NCBI GenBank assembly: GCA_026025075.1
Contig: JAPEUI010000068.1
Coordinates: 1-64,000 of the forward strand
DNA: 64,000 bases
Direction of reading: 5' to 3'
From: Vezdaea acicularis
Taxonomy: Eukaryota
Below the pieces are notes generated by a model. That model saw only the letters and a program-made list of their open reading frames with translations, was not told the DNA's origin and searched no databases. The first letter of the stretch is position 1. Every line of letters starts with the position of its first letter. This document shows positions 48,513-60,704 of this stretch, one piece after another. A program made the translations under genes and the position numbers.

Positions 48513-50636
48513 TGCTCCTGGACTACTAGGATCAAGATGATTAACAAACACATACTCGCAACGATCAAACAAGCTTTAAACGTTTCCAGAATAGTAAAGA
48601 TAACACGGGACTCCGAACACTCACTAGTTAGGTCTATCTCGGTGGTAGAAGTGTGTTTCAATGGTTCGGTTTTCGTATTTAAGAGTCCTCTTAAGAAACA
48701 ATTTCGAACGTTTCTCTTCTCTCTTCGCCTTTCTCCTTCTGAGATATGGGAGAGACTGAAGCGGTCGCTAGGAGTGGTCGCTCAACCCACGTGGAGTGCT
48801 TTTCAGTAGATTTGAGCCCTAATTTTCTTCAAAGACGTATCGGCTTATATGTAGTGAGTACTCAACAGCTCCGGGGGTTGCAAGAGTAGGCGTAGTACGG
48901 TAGGTGCAGTTGTAATCTTTCGTGAAAGTTGGCTGATCGGAATAAGATGTATGTTTTGGTTATGGCGAGGCGAGGAGTGCAAAGAAGCGTGACGAGAAAT
49001 GTGTAGGGCCGAGGTAAGCCCTCGTCCCCCTGTCTCTTCAGCAAGCTGACATGCAACACAAGTGCGCTACGTTCAACTGTGTTCATGATAGCTCTGATGA
49101 CACCTCGAGAGTGTTCCAGATGATTCGTACGCGACCAAAGTATGGGATCCTGAACTTTCAGATCGCGCGGACGCTACAGGCACGGCAAGGTCCTTGCGGA
49201 CGAAGAAAAGATAGGGAAATGCATTCTAAATACTACGAAGGTGATGGAAAAGGCCATTTACGCATAAATGCCCTTTAAGATACAGCTTGGTACCCTCGAT
49301 AACGTGCAACTGTAGTTTTAAGAAGTCTTAGAGCACTTGATGCTGCTCATTTCAAATTTCAAGTCACCTTGAAATTTCTGGTTATGTCGTGTATTTAATT
49401 TAATATCTGTCGAAGCCCTTGACTATGGCTGACGGTGGCTTTCGAAGCTTAGAGAATCCCTGAAAGCTACGTAGTGACTGCTGGAGTGCCCAAGAAGCCC
49501 CGCCTCACAGAATTTCTTGGCCTCGGGCCTTTGGAAGCTCCTTGTCACGTGTGGAGGTAGCTCTAAAGTCCCCCCTGGATCCTGATCCCGTTATGTCACA
49601 CCGAAATGGCACGGAGACTAACAGCGGCTAATTTCGAGCCCCACGGAACCCGCTAACGGAAACAGCCGCTCATGTTCATTAGAAACATAAGTCAAATTCA
49701 CTTTAATGTCACTTATGCGTTAGAGGCGAACTTCTCGCCTATCTAGCTCGCTGAGGTTCGACTATGTCAATTCTATGCGACTACGAGCTGTTATACACGA
49801 CTCCATGCGAGCACAGACGACTACATACAAATATGTGCAATTAGAAGGCGACTGGGATGAACCATATGCCAGTTTACACAGAAAACCGTTCCAACCCATC
49901 TATGAAAGATAGCGCAACATATGACATACTAGTACTACCTATGAATAGTCAATCCTATACGAAATGTTTATTGCTTTCCATTTCGAAAGAGCACTAAAAA
50001 GATAGTGCTCAAATCAGCAGAAGGAACTAGTGTCTCAGAATGGAGATAAAGAAACCCGAAACCGAGATGCGAAAGAAGACAAAGCCCAATAGCAAATGAG
50101 AAGTACAGCTTCCGCAAGACCTAGGTCTTGGCAAGTTATCTCTCTGTACCCAAGATCCAACGCGCCTCATTGGCAGACAACATTAGTCGATAAAAATACT
50201 GGAGGTCTGTATGAACTCTCTGCAAGCTCTGACTTCTCACGGTTGCTGGACTCGGACTAGGCGACCCAACCTTTTTTCAAGCAACGTTCCCATCTATCTT
50301 TATCAAAAAGAACGGGGCCTATGGTGCGAAATATCGAATGGACCAAGGGAATTAGAGCAGCGAAAGCTACATGGCCTTTGCCTGGAAAAAAAAAAGGAAA
50401 GGTCTTCGGTTGATGATCCATCTCTCTGTAGCTGAGATCATCAACCTTTCATACCATGAATGTTAGAAACGTATGAAGAAAGTACTGCTCAAAAGTTGAG
50501 CAGCCATTACGACCGTTCATTTGTCAACGGATACAATTCCGACCCTGGGTTCAACGGCCTTATGCAAAGAAAAGAAATGTGGAATCCCTCGCAAAAGAAG
50601 GTTCTCTTCTGCATCCTCTGGCAATTGCTGGGTTCA

Positions 50637-53357
50637 CTAGGATAATGTTTGATGCCCTTGGGAACCTGTCTGGCCTAGCTGATCGGGGTACATGGACGCC
50701 AAGGCGTCTCGGGAATACTGGCCTGATAGCGCACGATATTCTGCGAACATTTCGTCTTGCTCTGTAGGTGGTGCTGTAGTGACATCGCCGCTTTCTCCAG
50801 AGAACAAAGTCCATCGAGGCGGCCGCAATCCAGCGCGGCAGCGGGCATTCACGGTGCCAACCACACCAAAGCGTTGGTCCAAGCTGGTGGTCTGATACCC
50901 GATTCTGTCCATCTCTTTCAGCTTGCGAAGGATGAACTGTTGGTCCCATCGGCCCCAGCATATCCCTTCCTGGTCGTATATCATCTCATTATCCACGGCT
51001 AGGTCTGGACATCCTTCTAAGGGAACTCTATATCCGCGGTGTTGGGTACAGTTTTCCCAGTCCCACATATCAGCCAGAGTTAGTTGGTACTTCCTAGTCT
51101 CTATTGCAACTTCATTGGGTCTATCGCTATTAGGAGATATGCGTATCTTGATGCACTCTCCACTGGGCAGCTGCACATCCTCCATGGTTGGAATATCCGG
51201 GTCGTCAGAAAGGTCAATATCTCTATCGGCCGGTAGTCCATTGCTGTCATGTCTGTCAGCGGAGTTTCTGTTGGTGATGCTTTGGTTCCCATTATATGCG
51301 GTTTCGCTAAATCGAACTCGTTTCGGTCGCTGAGCACTATCGTGGTTTGAAGCAGAACCCGTTCCAGTAGCGCTAGCTTCGGTCACGTCTCCAGGAGCTG
51401 CTCTCTTTCTCTTGCCGCGACCAGAGTGTCCTTGCTGATCAACATCCAGCGGTGCGCTTGTTTGCATTGCAGGATGTTGAAACGCAGCAGCCGGCGGTTG
51501 AATAAGCTGGGATATAGCAGGCTGAGCGCCATCTGGCCGAGCAAGCCGAGCCACATAGTTATTGAAATCGGAGTTATATTTCTCCTGCAGGCGCTGTGGG
51601 AGGCCTACCCGGTTATAGGGATGCTCTCCAAGCGCTGGGTCGATCAAGCCCGGTGTCACTCCTCGCGTCGAATTTGCATCGTTGAGCAATATTGGAGGCG
51701 TTTGATTCCTTAGCTCAGAACGCTTCGCCGCGATAAGCTTCCTGATCCTCTCGATTGAGCTCTCACGGTTCTCATTATGGCCTTTGTCTGTCCAGGCCAA
51801 TACATTCATGGCGTCGCGGAATCTTTGGCAGGGCGTCGATATCCATGATGAATGTTTGGGCATGGCTGGGAGAGCCCACATTCGCTGCAAAATGTCTCTG
51901 ATCGCTAAACGTCTGTCAAGACGCCTCCAATATTCAATCCTCCAGCTTTCGCATTTTGTTGAGATGGAGTCCGGCAAGAACTCGAAATCTCTCAATGTTT
52001 TCCCATGAACATCCCTGGTTTGAATCTCTTGGCCAAGATTTTCAAATGGGCTGCTGTTATCTTGTCGGAAGGTGTACAAGATGTTCGGTAGATGCGCAAT
52101 GTCGTACTGGCTCTGTTCAGTGGCGCATCTTGGATTTCTGGCGATTTGATATTGGCTGAACTGCGTCACATCATTACCAGACCCTGCCGGGGGAAGGACT
52201 AAGGATGAAATATCAGCCTGATCCGTGAAGCGCATGGGGCCCCTAGACATACCGGTGTTTCCGACAAAGTTATTGTTCCCTCCCTGTGTAGAAGCACTTG
52301 CCGTGTATTCAGCCAGCAGAGGTTGCTGATCCACCAAAGCAGATGCATTGCTCTCGCCAACCTGTGAGGCGAAAGGGGTATCGTTGGGCAATGGTGGATC
52401 GGTTTCATAATTAACAAATTCGTCGATAGGATCAACAAACTCATGCAATCCATCCCCTGCCTCCTCAAAGTTTCCTTCCTGCTGATTAATAACATCAGCC
52501 CCTAAGGCCATGTCATCGTTGAAGTAATTCAAGGAAGGCAGATCAAGGTCTGGAAAAGCCCCATGAGCATGAGGCTCTTGCCAGTTATTATTAAAGTCGC
52601 CAAGGTCGTTAGTATTCGATTCGAACAGCGTGGCCTGCGCAGGATTGGTGCCATTGATAGCAGATTCAGCAACTGGTTGCTCAAGGTTGGGTCTATCGAA
52701 GTGGTCTGCCAGACCAAATGTGCTAGCTGAACCTAACTCTTGCTCGAGGTATTCCAACAAATCGTCACTGTTGTTCAAGTAAGGAAGTTCTTCCGACAAA
52801 ACATTCTCAGCTCCTTCAGGAACAAAGGTCTCAAATTCATGATTCGAATCCAAAATGGGACCATTATCCAATTCCCCCTCAACATTCTTATCTTCGGGAG
52901 CAACAGTTTCCACAGTCGTATTAGTGGAACCAGTGAGATCAACGTCTTCATCGAATACGGAACCTAAGTCGGAGAAAGAGTCATTAACCACAAAAGACGC
53001 GTTGTTGTGGTCAGAGCTCTTTTCATTAAAGAGCGAATCGCTGTCTGAAATGTTTCTGTTCTCGGCTTCATCTGGTGCGGTAAGGTCATGCTCAGCATGG
53101 TTAGACAGATAAGGCTGTGGGGCAGGCTTACTATCCTCAACCTGCTCGCCTGCTACATTCTCAAGATCATTTTCCGTTTCTGTTTTTCGCAACCTCGGGC
53201 TGTAGCGTCCAGCTTCAGCTTCGTCATGGATACCAGCAGCCTCAGCAGTACGTTTCTTGCTTGGGGCAGATGGGGAGCTCGGGTCAGGTCGCTCAAGCTC
53301 GACTTCGTCATGAGGTAGAGCTCCCGCCACCGTATACTCTTTGTTGGATGCAGCCAT
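50637..53357 (-). CDS. uncharacterised protein, 906 aa (acidic N-terminus, NLS-like GKRKR / PKRVR)
   Basis: Long intronless ORF; motif LRDFEFLPDSISTKCESWRIEYWRRLDRRLAIRDILQRM. Confidence 0.8.
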   Translation of the reverse strand: MAASNKEYTVAGALPHDEVELERPDPSSPSAPSKKRTAEAAGIHDEAEAGRYSPRLRKTETENDLENVAGEQVEDSKPAPQPYLSNHAEHDLTAPDEAENRNISDSDSLFNEKSSDHNNASFVVNDSFSDLGSVFDEDVDLTGSTNTTVETVAPEDKNVEGELDNGPILDSNHEFETFVPEGAENVLSEELPYLNNSDDLLEYLEQELGSASTFGLADHFDRPNLEQPVAESAINGTNPAQATLFESNTNDLGDFNNNWQEPHAHGAFPDLDLPSLNYFNDDMALGADVINQQEGNFEEAGDGLHEFVDPIDEFVNYETDPPLPNDTPFASQVGESNASALVDQQPLLAEYTASASTQGGNNNFVGNTGMSRGPMRFTDQADISSLVLPPAGSGNDVTQFSQYQIARNPRCATEQSQYDIAHLPNILYTFRQDNSSPFENLGQEIQTRDVHGKTLRDFEFLPDSISTKCESWRIEYWRRLDRRLAIRDILQRMWALPAMPKHSSWISTPCQRFRDAMNVLAWTDKGHNENRESSIERIRKLIAAKRSELRNQTPPILLNDANSTRGVTPGLIDPALGEHPYNRVGLPQRLQEKYNSDFNNYVARLARPDGAQPAISQLIQPPAAAFQHPAMQTSAPLDVDQQGHSGRGKRKRAAPGDVTEASATGTGSASNHDSAQRPKRVRFSETAYNGNQSITNRNSADRHDSNGLPADRDIDLSDDPDIPTMEDVQLPSGECIKIRISPNSDRPNEVAIETRKYQLTLADMWDWENCTQHRGYRVPLEGCPDLAVDNEMIYDQEGICWGRWDQQFILRKLKEMDRIGYQTTSLDQRFGVVGTVNARCRAGLRPPRWTLFSGESGDVTTAPPTEQDEMFAEYRALSGQYSRDALASMYPDQLGQTGSQGHQTLS

Positions 53358-55219
53358 TGATTTCTACTCTAGACCCGACCGTTGGATCGATAGTCACTGC
53401 TCGCTCAGACTACAATGCCACCAGGAGAGCAAAAATGTTTATCGACTCACGATCCTAGGTTGACCGTGCAAGTCGTAATTCGGGGCAAGAAGCCAGCAAG
53501 ACCAGAAGTGCTTGATGGCAATGCAGGGATTTTATTATTCACAGTTGTGTTGGTTGAGAGCTAAGGTCAGAGCTCTCTGGTAATTGGTGGGGAACTCCGG
53601 TCTATAGGCTCCGTGAGAGAGTCGAAGCCTAATCTTTCTAGCGAAGACACTAGAACAAGGTACTAGGAAAAGGGTTTAATTGGTTGACGCGTTAAAGGAG
53701 TGCGAAGTTTCCTCGATTGGAGTCGTGGAAGTAATGGGGATCTTCGTACCTGAAATATGGTAGCTAGGGGTGAGTAGAGGCTTTTGAAGGTGAGAGTCGT
53801 CTAAGTGTGGGAAGGGTCCATAGGAGAAAGGAGGGATGGATTAACCGGGGTGGCTGGAAAAATAAGTATGCCAATGGACACAAAATGCTCGACATAGTTC
53901 GCTACGATGGCTTCAACACTCGAGCGAAGTGCCTCAGAACATAACACATCTAGGCAGCTATGTACAACTCTCCTGGACATGGCCATTGTTCAGCCCTGCG
54001 TGGCTAGCAGCGTGAGACATTCAATTAATGGAAGCAAAATGACAACTATACAAGCACACTACAATATCGTCAAATATGGGAAGGCGAATGATTCTGTCTT
54101 AAAGAAGCTGGCGCGGTAGTGCGAGAAACGCAGAGTCATATATTGATCAGGTACCCGTTCCAAAGAAAATGGGCACCACTACAAGGGAATTGTCCGCCAA
54201 GTCAAGTACTATTCAGGTACTTGTAGCAGGATTATTGAATGCTATTACTAAAGAGTCGTACATTGGGTCTCATTGAGGAGACCTCCGACGTGTACGCGTT
54301 TGAGGGAGACAAAGAGGACATGAGAACACTGAGTGGGCTAGACCAGATAAGAAAGGATGCAATATACTAGTTGAACCCGAAATAGAGATGAGAATGGTAG
54401 AGCTAGGCTAAGAAGGAGACACGGTTCGTCCAAAAAGAAATGCTAGGATGCAGTCATTGAAGCATCAGAACAATTGAACAGCATCAGGATCATGGACAGC
54501 ATCTAAACAAATCAGCAGATGTCCGTGCGTATTTCTACTACACAGCAACTTGATCAAGTAGACAAGCTTGTAGTTTTAAAAGGGGTAACGGCCATGAAAA
54601 GACGGGAAGATACGTTTGAGTCTCCAGCGCACGTAAAAGCTGAAACGGCTCATGCCTCTGCTGCCGCCGCAATATCAAAGCCGAAACTACACTCCACGAA
54701 GTCCAATGATACAGAGGAGCCCCATCTGACGCTAGTTGGATCCAAATCAAAACAAGCACATCCCACACGTTGCAGCCCGGACCGCTTGGCAAAGCTCGAG
54801 CTGAAATATAAGCCGTGGTGGCATTTGCGCTTAGCCCCAACTTGCACAACGACCACACGCGTGCAGTGCACAGCCCCCTGCTAACCCGCCAAAACTCGCT
54901 TCGGCACCAATAAACGGCCGCCGAACACATAAGCTTAGACACTAGACGGGCCGCTTGCCCGATTCTGTAGGTGGTGCCGGTCCGTGTGGGTTCAAGCCGG
55001 CTGACCCCTTGAAGGGCATGCGCGACTAAGAAAGCTTATAAGGGCGAGCCGTGCGAGCAAAAGCTTACTTTCTGTTTCCCGTCACCTCCCCCATTCTTAC
55101 ATCCTCCTATTGACCTACGCTCTACCCTACCCACTGGTACAGCTTCTCGAAACTTATCTTCTCATTCACGACGGATCCAGTCAAGAGTTGAATTATCCTC
55201 GATAAAATAAATTCTCATC

Positions 55220-55618
55220 ATGTCTCCAGAGCAGGTCCAACAGCCAGCGGCTACGGTCCAAATGACCGCAGCACCTGAGGCTGAACGCATCAGCAGCGAG
55301 CAGCCAGTATGTCTCCCCTTCTACTTCTCTTCCTCAATTTTGCCACAATCTGAAGCTTTGTCTTTCGTAAATTGTTCCCTAAGCATCACGTTTGTCGAAG
55401 CTTGGCGATGCTAATCATCCCCCCCAATAGAAGTCCCAGCCCCAAATGTCCATCCGTGGAGGTGGTACTGGCGAGAAGATCTGCTGCGGATGGTAAGTCA
55501 CAAAGCAGCCATGTTTTCAAACGTAATTGAGCTGACATTGTCCATCAGCTGTGCCGCATGCTGTGCCTGCGAAGCATTCGAATGCTTCGAGTGCTGCGAG
55601 GGTCTCTGCGGCGATTAG
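55220..55618 (+). CDS. CYSTM-type cysteine-rich tail microprotein, 72 aa, 3 exons
   Basis: Exons 55220-55306, 55431-55492, 55549-55618 with canonical GT/branch/AG; MSPEQVQQP...QPQMSIRGGGTGEKICCGCCAACCACEAFECFECCEGLCGD. Confidence 0.85.
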
Positions 55619-55960
55619 ACGCCATCTAACATCTCAGTTCCAAGTAGACACTAGCAGAGGATTGTTGGGGGAGCTCAGATAGCTGACAACGTAGCATGAG
55701 CGGAGTGTGGTAAGGTGGGACGAGCTGCTTTAGCTAGATGGAATGGATGATATACCCCTAAACCTAGCGAGTTCCTGAATCAAAAGTGAGACATACTTCA
55801 CACATGAGTGAGAAGCTTGAGCGGAACAATGCCCACGTCACCAAGGCACCAGCGCCGATTCTGCAACGATCCATACACTGACTTACAGTATTACCATTTA
55901 CTGGCTGATTATTACTGCTAACAAGCTTATTCGTTCTAAAGCTTCCATTCAGTACAAAGT

Positions 55961-57526
55961 CTACCTTTTTCGATAATTTCCAGCAGGCACCCGCAATTTA
56001 GGGAACTCCAGCGGCAACTTCAGCCTTGCTATTCTATGCATCTGTGCCTCGACCTTCGTTGCGATGCCAAAGCGTCTCCTCTCCGAGTCGGTGGGTATCG
56101 TAACTTTACACCCAATCTCTTGGAAGTACTTGCTCATCCTGAACAAATATCAGCAAAATTTTTTTGACAAGAGTAGGGTGGGAAGGGTATTGAACGTACT
56201 CTTTGGTCTCCATCCTCAGATCTTCTTTCAATTCATACGTGTCAACCTCAAAATCGTCGACGACCAGTGCGAGCGCCGCTATATGTGTCCACAGATTGTC
56301 CAGGTGCCACTTATTGAGAAAATTACTCCCCTCCTCTGTAAACCTGACCTTTACCTTGTCGGCCAACGCCTCACTAATTCCCAATTGAGAGGCCAGATCT
56401 TTTGTCATTCCGGCCTTTTTGCCCCCGAACTTGCCTGGCTTCAGGGATAGGTGGAAGTCCAACAGTATCAGCAAGTACCGTAATGCCCTGAGCTTCCTCA
56501 CGTCACCGTTTCCTCCTTGCAGAACTTTAGCAAGTCGTTTGTTTACGTGGCGGCTCTTCATTGTGATGAGCTTATTTTGCCTTGCCGCTTCTTGCCAGTG
56601 ATGGACAGGAATCTGCAGCATAATGTCCGTTCCCCCAACAAGCTCCTCGATCGGATAAACTTCCTCAGGCACCTCAGTGTCTAGATTTGCTTTAGGGCGT
56701 GGTTTCTTTTCGTCCACCGCAAGCTGCAGCTCTTGGCGAGTTGGCATGCTACTCGTAGAATGCGTAAGGGACTCGATGATGGCAGAGGTTCGGGCATCTG
56801 GTGGGGGAGTGTGCCTATCCGGGTCTTTTGGCCCATCTGGTTTCTGTAGGCTGATGGCATTCACGGTAAGGGAGTCAATAGCTTTGCGAGCTTTCTTTGT
56901 ACCAAATGTACGGCCGAGATCATTCTTCAGAGACTGAGACTGTGTCCAGAATTAGACTCTGAACCAACAGTGTGGGAACAAGACAAAACCTACTGTTTCC
57001 ATTAGTATGTCGTCCTTTGATGCTTCTTCAGGCAGCTCGCGAACAGTCCCGCGTAAAACCAGGTTTCGTGCCTCAATGACCTCGACCTTCCCTGTCTCCG
57101 GGTCATAGATCCCCACATAGTGCCGTCTCAAGCTATGTGCTCCTACACTTTCTTCCCTTGCCACGTAATCAATCTTCGGGTGTTCAGATGATTGTAGCAG
57201 AAGCTCGGAGCTCTGTATCGGCGACTTCTTTCTAGGGTTAAATGTACTATCCATGCGAGTCTTCGAGTATGGCTTGAAGGGGTGAGTTGGTACGATCATT
57301 CCAGGAGCTGTCACTATGATGTATTAGCATTGCTGATCAGGAATTTAATTTACTTCAGGGGCGTGGTAGACTCACCTATTATTGGGCACCAGTCGTCGGT
57401 ATTCTCAACCATGGAGACCTTGATGGATCCATTCCTTGCCAAGGGTTGATGCACTCTATTTACAGCGGCCTTTTTCAACGGTCGATCGCTATGATCGGAA
57501 TCCCGTTTTCTTTTGCCATCAGACAT
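55961..57526 (-). CDS. RPA49: RNA polymerase I subunit A49, multi-exon
   Basis: MSDGKRKR; LLLQSSEHPKIDY; HYVGIYDP.TG.V; TFGTKKARKAI; C-terminal YFQEIGC...ARLKLPLEFPK. Confidence 0.88.
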
Positions 57527-58159
57527 TATTCCTGCGGAGTCGAGTAAGATAGTGCGGCGTCGCCAACCATTGGTAGAGTGTGAGCTCTGGGTTGTAGGGA
57601 TAGTGCTGGAGCTAAGAATTATTTTCCACTCGGTTCGCGCCGAGGTCTAGACCGGTTAACACCAGAGTTGACGATTGTTCCATAAAGTTACTAAACGGAG
57701 CATGACAACCCTTAGAAGAGGGCTTTGTCAACCGAACAATGGACATTGTTCGCTTGGTTTCGCAGTGAGACATTCAAATCACATTCATAATATTGGTGGT
57801 CATAGATTGAGCAAAAAGCTTCATTTTCTGCTGCTATGAACAGCGACTATTAAAGGCAGATGTCATATCGTCGAGCCGGCTGTGTGAAATGTTCAAGAAC
57901 TCCATGATGAACCCCCGACGGATGTTGACCAGCTCTAGTCCACCAACATACCATACCATTCAACGACTTCATGCTTGTAAGGGTCAATATACTCGAGGCA
58001 AAGCAATTTGCCATGTTACACGGAAAAGCCATAAGTCCCTCCCTTTGAACTCCCCTGATTTAGCTTGTAGAAGGAGGCGCTGAGGTTGTAGAGATCCCAT
58101 GTCCTTTTAGATGGAATGATGGTTGGATGGAATTAAGCTGAGATCGAGCGGTTTGGAGT

Positions 58160-58304
58160 TTACTTGCTGTAATAAAGAGGTCATTCAGTAGCCATCCTTC
58201 CGCTGTGCCTTAATAGGAAATGCATGAACTTACGAACGAGCGCGGGTCTTTCTCCTCTTACGTTTGAGGCGGCGAACCCGCTTCTTCCTCCATTTGGCTC
58301 TCAT
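58160..58304 (-). CDS. RPL41: 60S ribosomal protein L41 (eL41), 25 aa, 2 coding exons
   Basis: Exons 58304-58234 and 58166-58160 give MRAKWRKKRVRRLKRKRRKTRARSK; an additional 5'-UTR intron is likely. Confidence 0.95.
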
Positions 58305-59177
58305 CGTCAAAGACTAGGTGAACTGCAAAAATTCCATTAGCTCCATGTTTAAGAAGTCCTCCATAGTGTCTTCAAATTCCAATTGATCAATTGGGCAGAG
58401 GGAATGGGCGGCGACCTACTCGTTTTTGAGGATGAGTGTCAGTGGTGTTGAAAGAACTAGGCGGAGAGCTCGCCCCAAGTGTGCGGAGAAGCTCTTGGCA
58501 CTTCGCTTGTGCCCTATCACGCGGACTAACAGGGGATACGAGTCACGGGAAGGGAGAGCCTCCAAAATATTTTCTTTGAATGGAAGAGCAGGGAACAAAC
58601 AGTCAGGTTTATTCCACATTTTACTTGTGCCAGGGTGATCCGATTAGATTTTTTCCAGAAAGTGAAAATAGTATCCGTTTTTGCTTTGCTCCAAACCCGC
58701 GGTACTTTCCACATTGAACCATCGACCAGATTTAGCTTCAAAATACCGACCTAAGAACCTCCTAAGCAATGAACTCCCATCAACATATCAATTGTCAATC
58801 AAAATTACCGTCTACGTAAAGCACAATGACTGTGATAGGTTCGTAGGTCAAACTCAATCTACCATTAACGTTTATTTGCCCCCCCGCCCCCCGCGGCCAT
58901 TTGGGGAGGTTGTAGGGCGACCGCTGCGGAAAGGGGCTTAGGTCCCCGTATAAAGGGGCTGATGTTAACGTAGACATAACCCATGACAGCCCTCGTTCTA
59001 AGATTACAGAAGAAGCATTCTGGCGCTACGAGAAGGTCGTATATACGTCGGGATTCATGCAAAAATGTCTCGTCCATACCTACAAAATCTGCAGCCGAAA
59101 GGTGAAGCGCAACGAGGCACTGTCCCTACACAGTACTTCTCCAGCATAGAGTGAGATGCAAGCCAGTTGAGCCTTGG

Positions 59178-60458
59178 TCAAAGCTGGAACTTTGTCCGTT
59201 GCTTCTCCATCTTCCCTTTCCATTCCCACTCAGCCCCTCCCCCTGCCCTCCCTATTGCTTTATCAACCCGCCTCAATTTCATGGTGAATCTAGGCCCAAG
59301 CTCCTGTAAGCCCGCCCTTATACCCTCCATACCTTTGACCTCTTTCCCATCAGTTCCTACTACACTCTTCTCAGTTGCTCGCTTATCTCGGAAAACGTAT
59401 CTATGGCGCCGTAGGAATATGTAGTCACGCTGATTGTGGAGAGTCACCACTTGCCGACCTTCTAGTTCTGGTTGCGGAGGGAACATAGTACGGAATAGAT
59501 GTGCTGTCAGCAGGCCCAATGGTGTCCTGAAGTTGTTTAATATGAGCTCAGGGAAATGGTTTGTTGGGTTGCCGTGCCCAGGGAGCTTCTTCCCTTCGAC
59601 CCAATTGCTTATCGAAAAGTGGAATGTTGGGCCGTGAGGGAGGTGCACGATGGAAAGACCAGTTGGAACCTTCTGGTCTTCTTTGAGTATGGCGAGAGCC
59701 GTGTAACCTCGATTGGCCGCAAATGAGGATATTTCGCGCACTGAAAATTTGTGCCCGTATCGATGTGCTGACCGAGGAATGTACACGCTGTTCGGGAGTA
59801 GAGTTGTAAGCAGACTTGCTTCGCGATGTAGTGTCGAGTTTATAGAAGTGGTGACAAGGATCTTCGGGACAGGAGGAGACTCGGTGGTAAATAGAGTAGG
59901 GAATCTTGCTGCAAGAGCTTCAGGGGTGAGGTCAAGGTTTGTGCTCATGGTCGATGGGGCTGGACTCGTGCTTCTATCCGCTGCTCGTATTTGACTTTTG
60001 CCATTCCTTATTAATCTGACATTACTCCCGTCTTTGTCTTCTTCAGGTTCACTTTCCGAGCCCAGCATACTGTCTTCGTCTTCATCTTCCCCCCCTTCTG
60101 TCCTTATATTCTCCGGCTCGGTAGGTTCGTCCTCATGCGCTTCGCCCTTCTCAAGTCTAGTTTTTTGACGCTTGACTTTTTCAACGTCTACACTCAATCC
60201 TAATTGATCTTCCCCATTATCTCCAGTCTCGTCCCACGCTCTCTTCCGATCCAATGTCTGAGGTACATTTCGCCTGAGGCGCTCTTCCTTCAACTTCGGA
60301 TTCTTGTCCTCCTCTCGCTTTCGGCGGAATCGCTCATCGCGGGAGATGCTGTCTCTGGCCCGTTTTTGCTTTACATGAAGTGCTTGCCTCTTCTCCTTGT
60401 TGGATGTTTTGAATGGCAAATGCGCCCTAGAGGATGGTATGGACTTTTTAGGGCCCAT
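59178..60458 (-). CDS. RPF1: Brix-domain 60S biogenesis factor
   Basis: PKILVTTS, HLP.GPT.HF, PELILNNFRTPLG, VVTLHNQRDYIFLRRHRY, ELGPRFTMKL. Confidence 0.9.
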   Translation of the reverse strand: MGPKKSIPSSRAHLPFKTSNKEKRQALHVKQKRARDSISRDERFRRKREEDKNPKLKEERLRRNVPQTLDRKRAWDETGDNGEDQLGLSVDVEKVKRQKTRLEKGEAHEDEPTEPENIRTEGGEDEDEDSMLGSESEPEEDKDGSNVRLIRNGKSQIRAADRSTSPAPSTMSTNLDLTPEALAARFPTLFTTESPPVPKILVTTSINSTLHREASLLTTLLPNSVYIPRSAHRYGHKFSVREISSFAANRGYTALAILKEDQKVPTGLSIVHLPHGPTFHFSISNWVEGKKLPGHGNPTNHFPELILNNFRTPLGLLTAHLFRTMFPPQPELEGRQVVTLHNQRDYIFLRRHRYVFRDKRATEKSVVGTDGKEVKGMEGIRAGLQELGPRFTMKLRRVDKAIGRAGGGAEWEWKGKMEKQRTKFQL

Positions 60459-60704
60459 GACTAAATCTTATAAGCTCTGGGGTGGTGTAGTCGAGTAGAC
60501 TATTTTTCGCAATGCGTGCGGAAAAATGCCTTTGTCGGAAGAATCATTTATCCGACGGCACCGGCGATTGGTCCAAATTCGGGTCGCCTTAGAGCTCCCC
60601 CTTCAACTGCTTTTGAGTCACGAAGAAGACTGGTGCTGATCTAAAGCTTCTTTCGGTCAATTCCAGCTCGTGGAGCTGTTCTGTCATTTTGCGACTTCAA
60701 ATAT

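Noticed and set aside
53801..54942. ORFs of 61-134 aa between the 906-aa gene and the CYSTM gene
   Set aside because: Overlapping on both strands with no recognisable motifs
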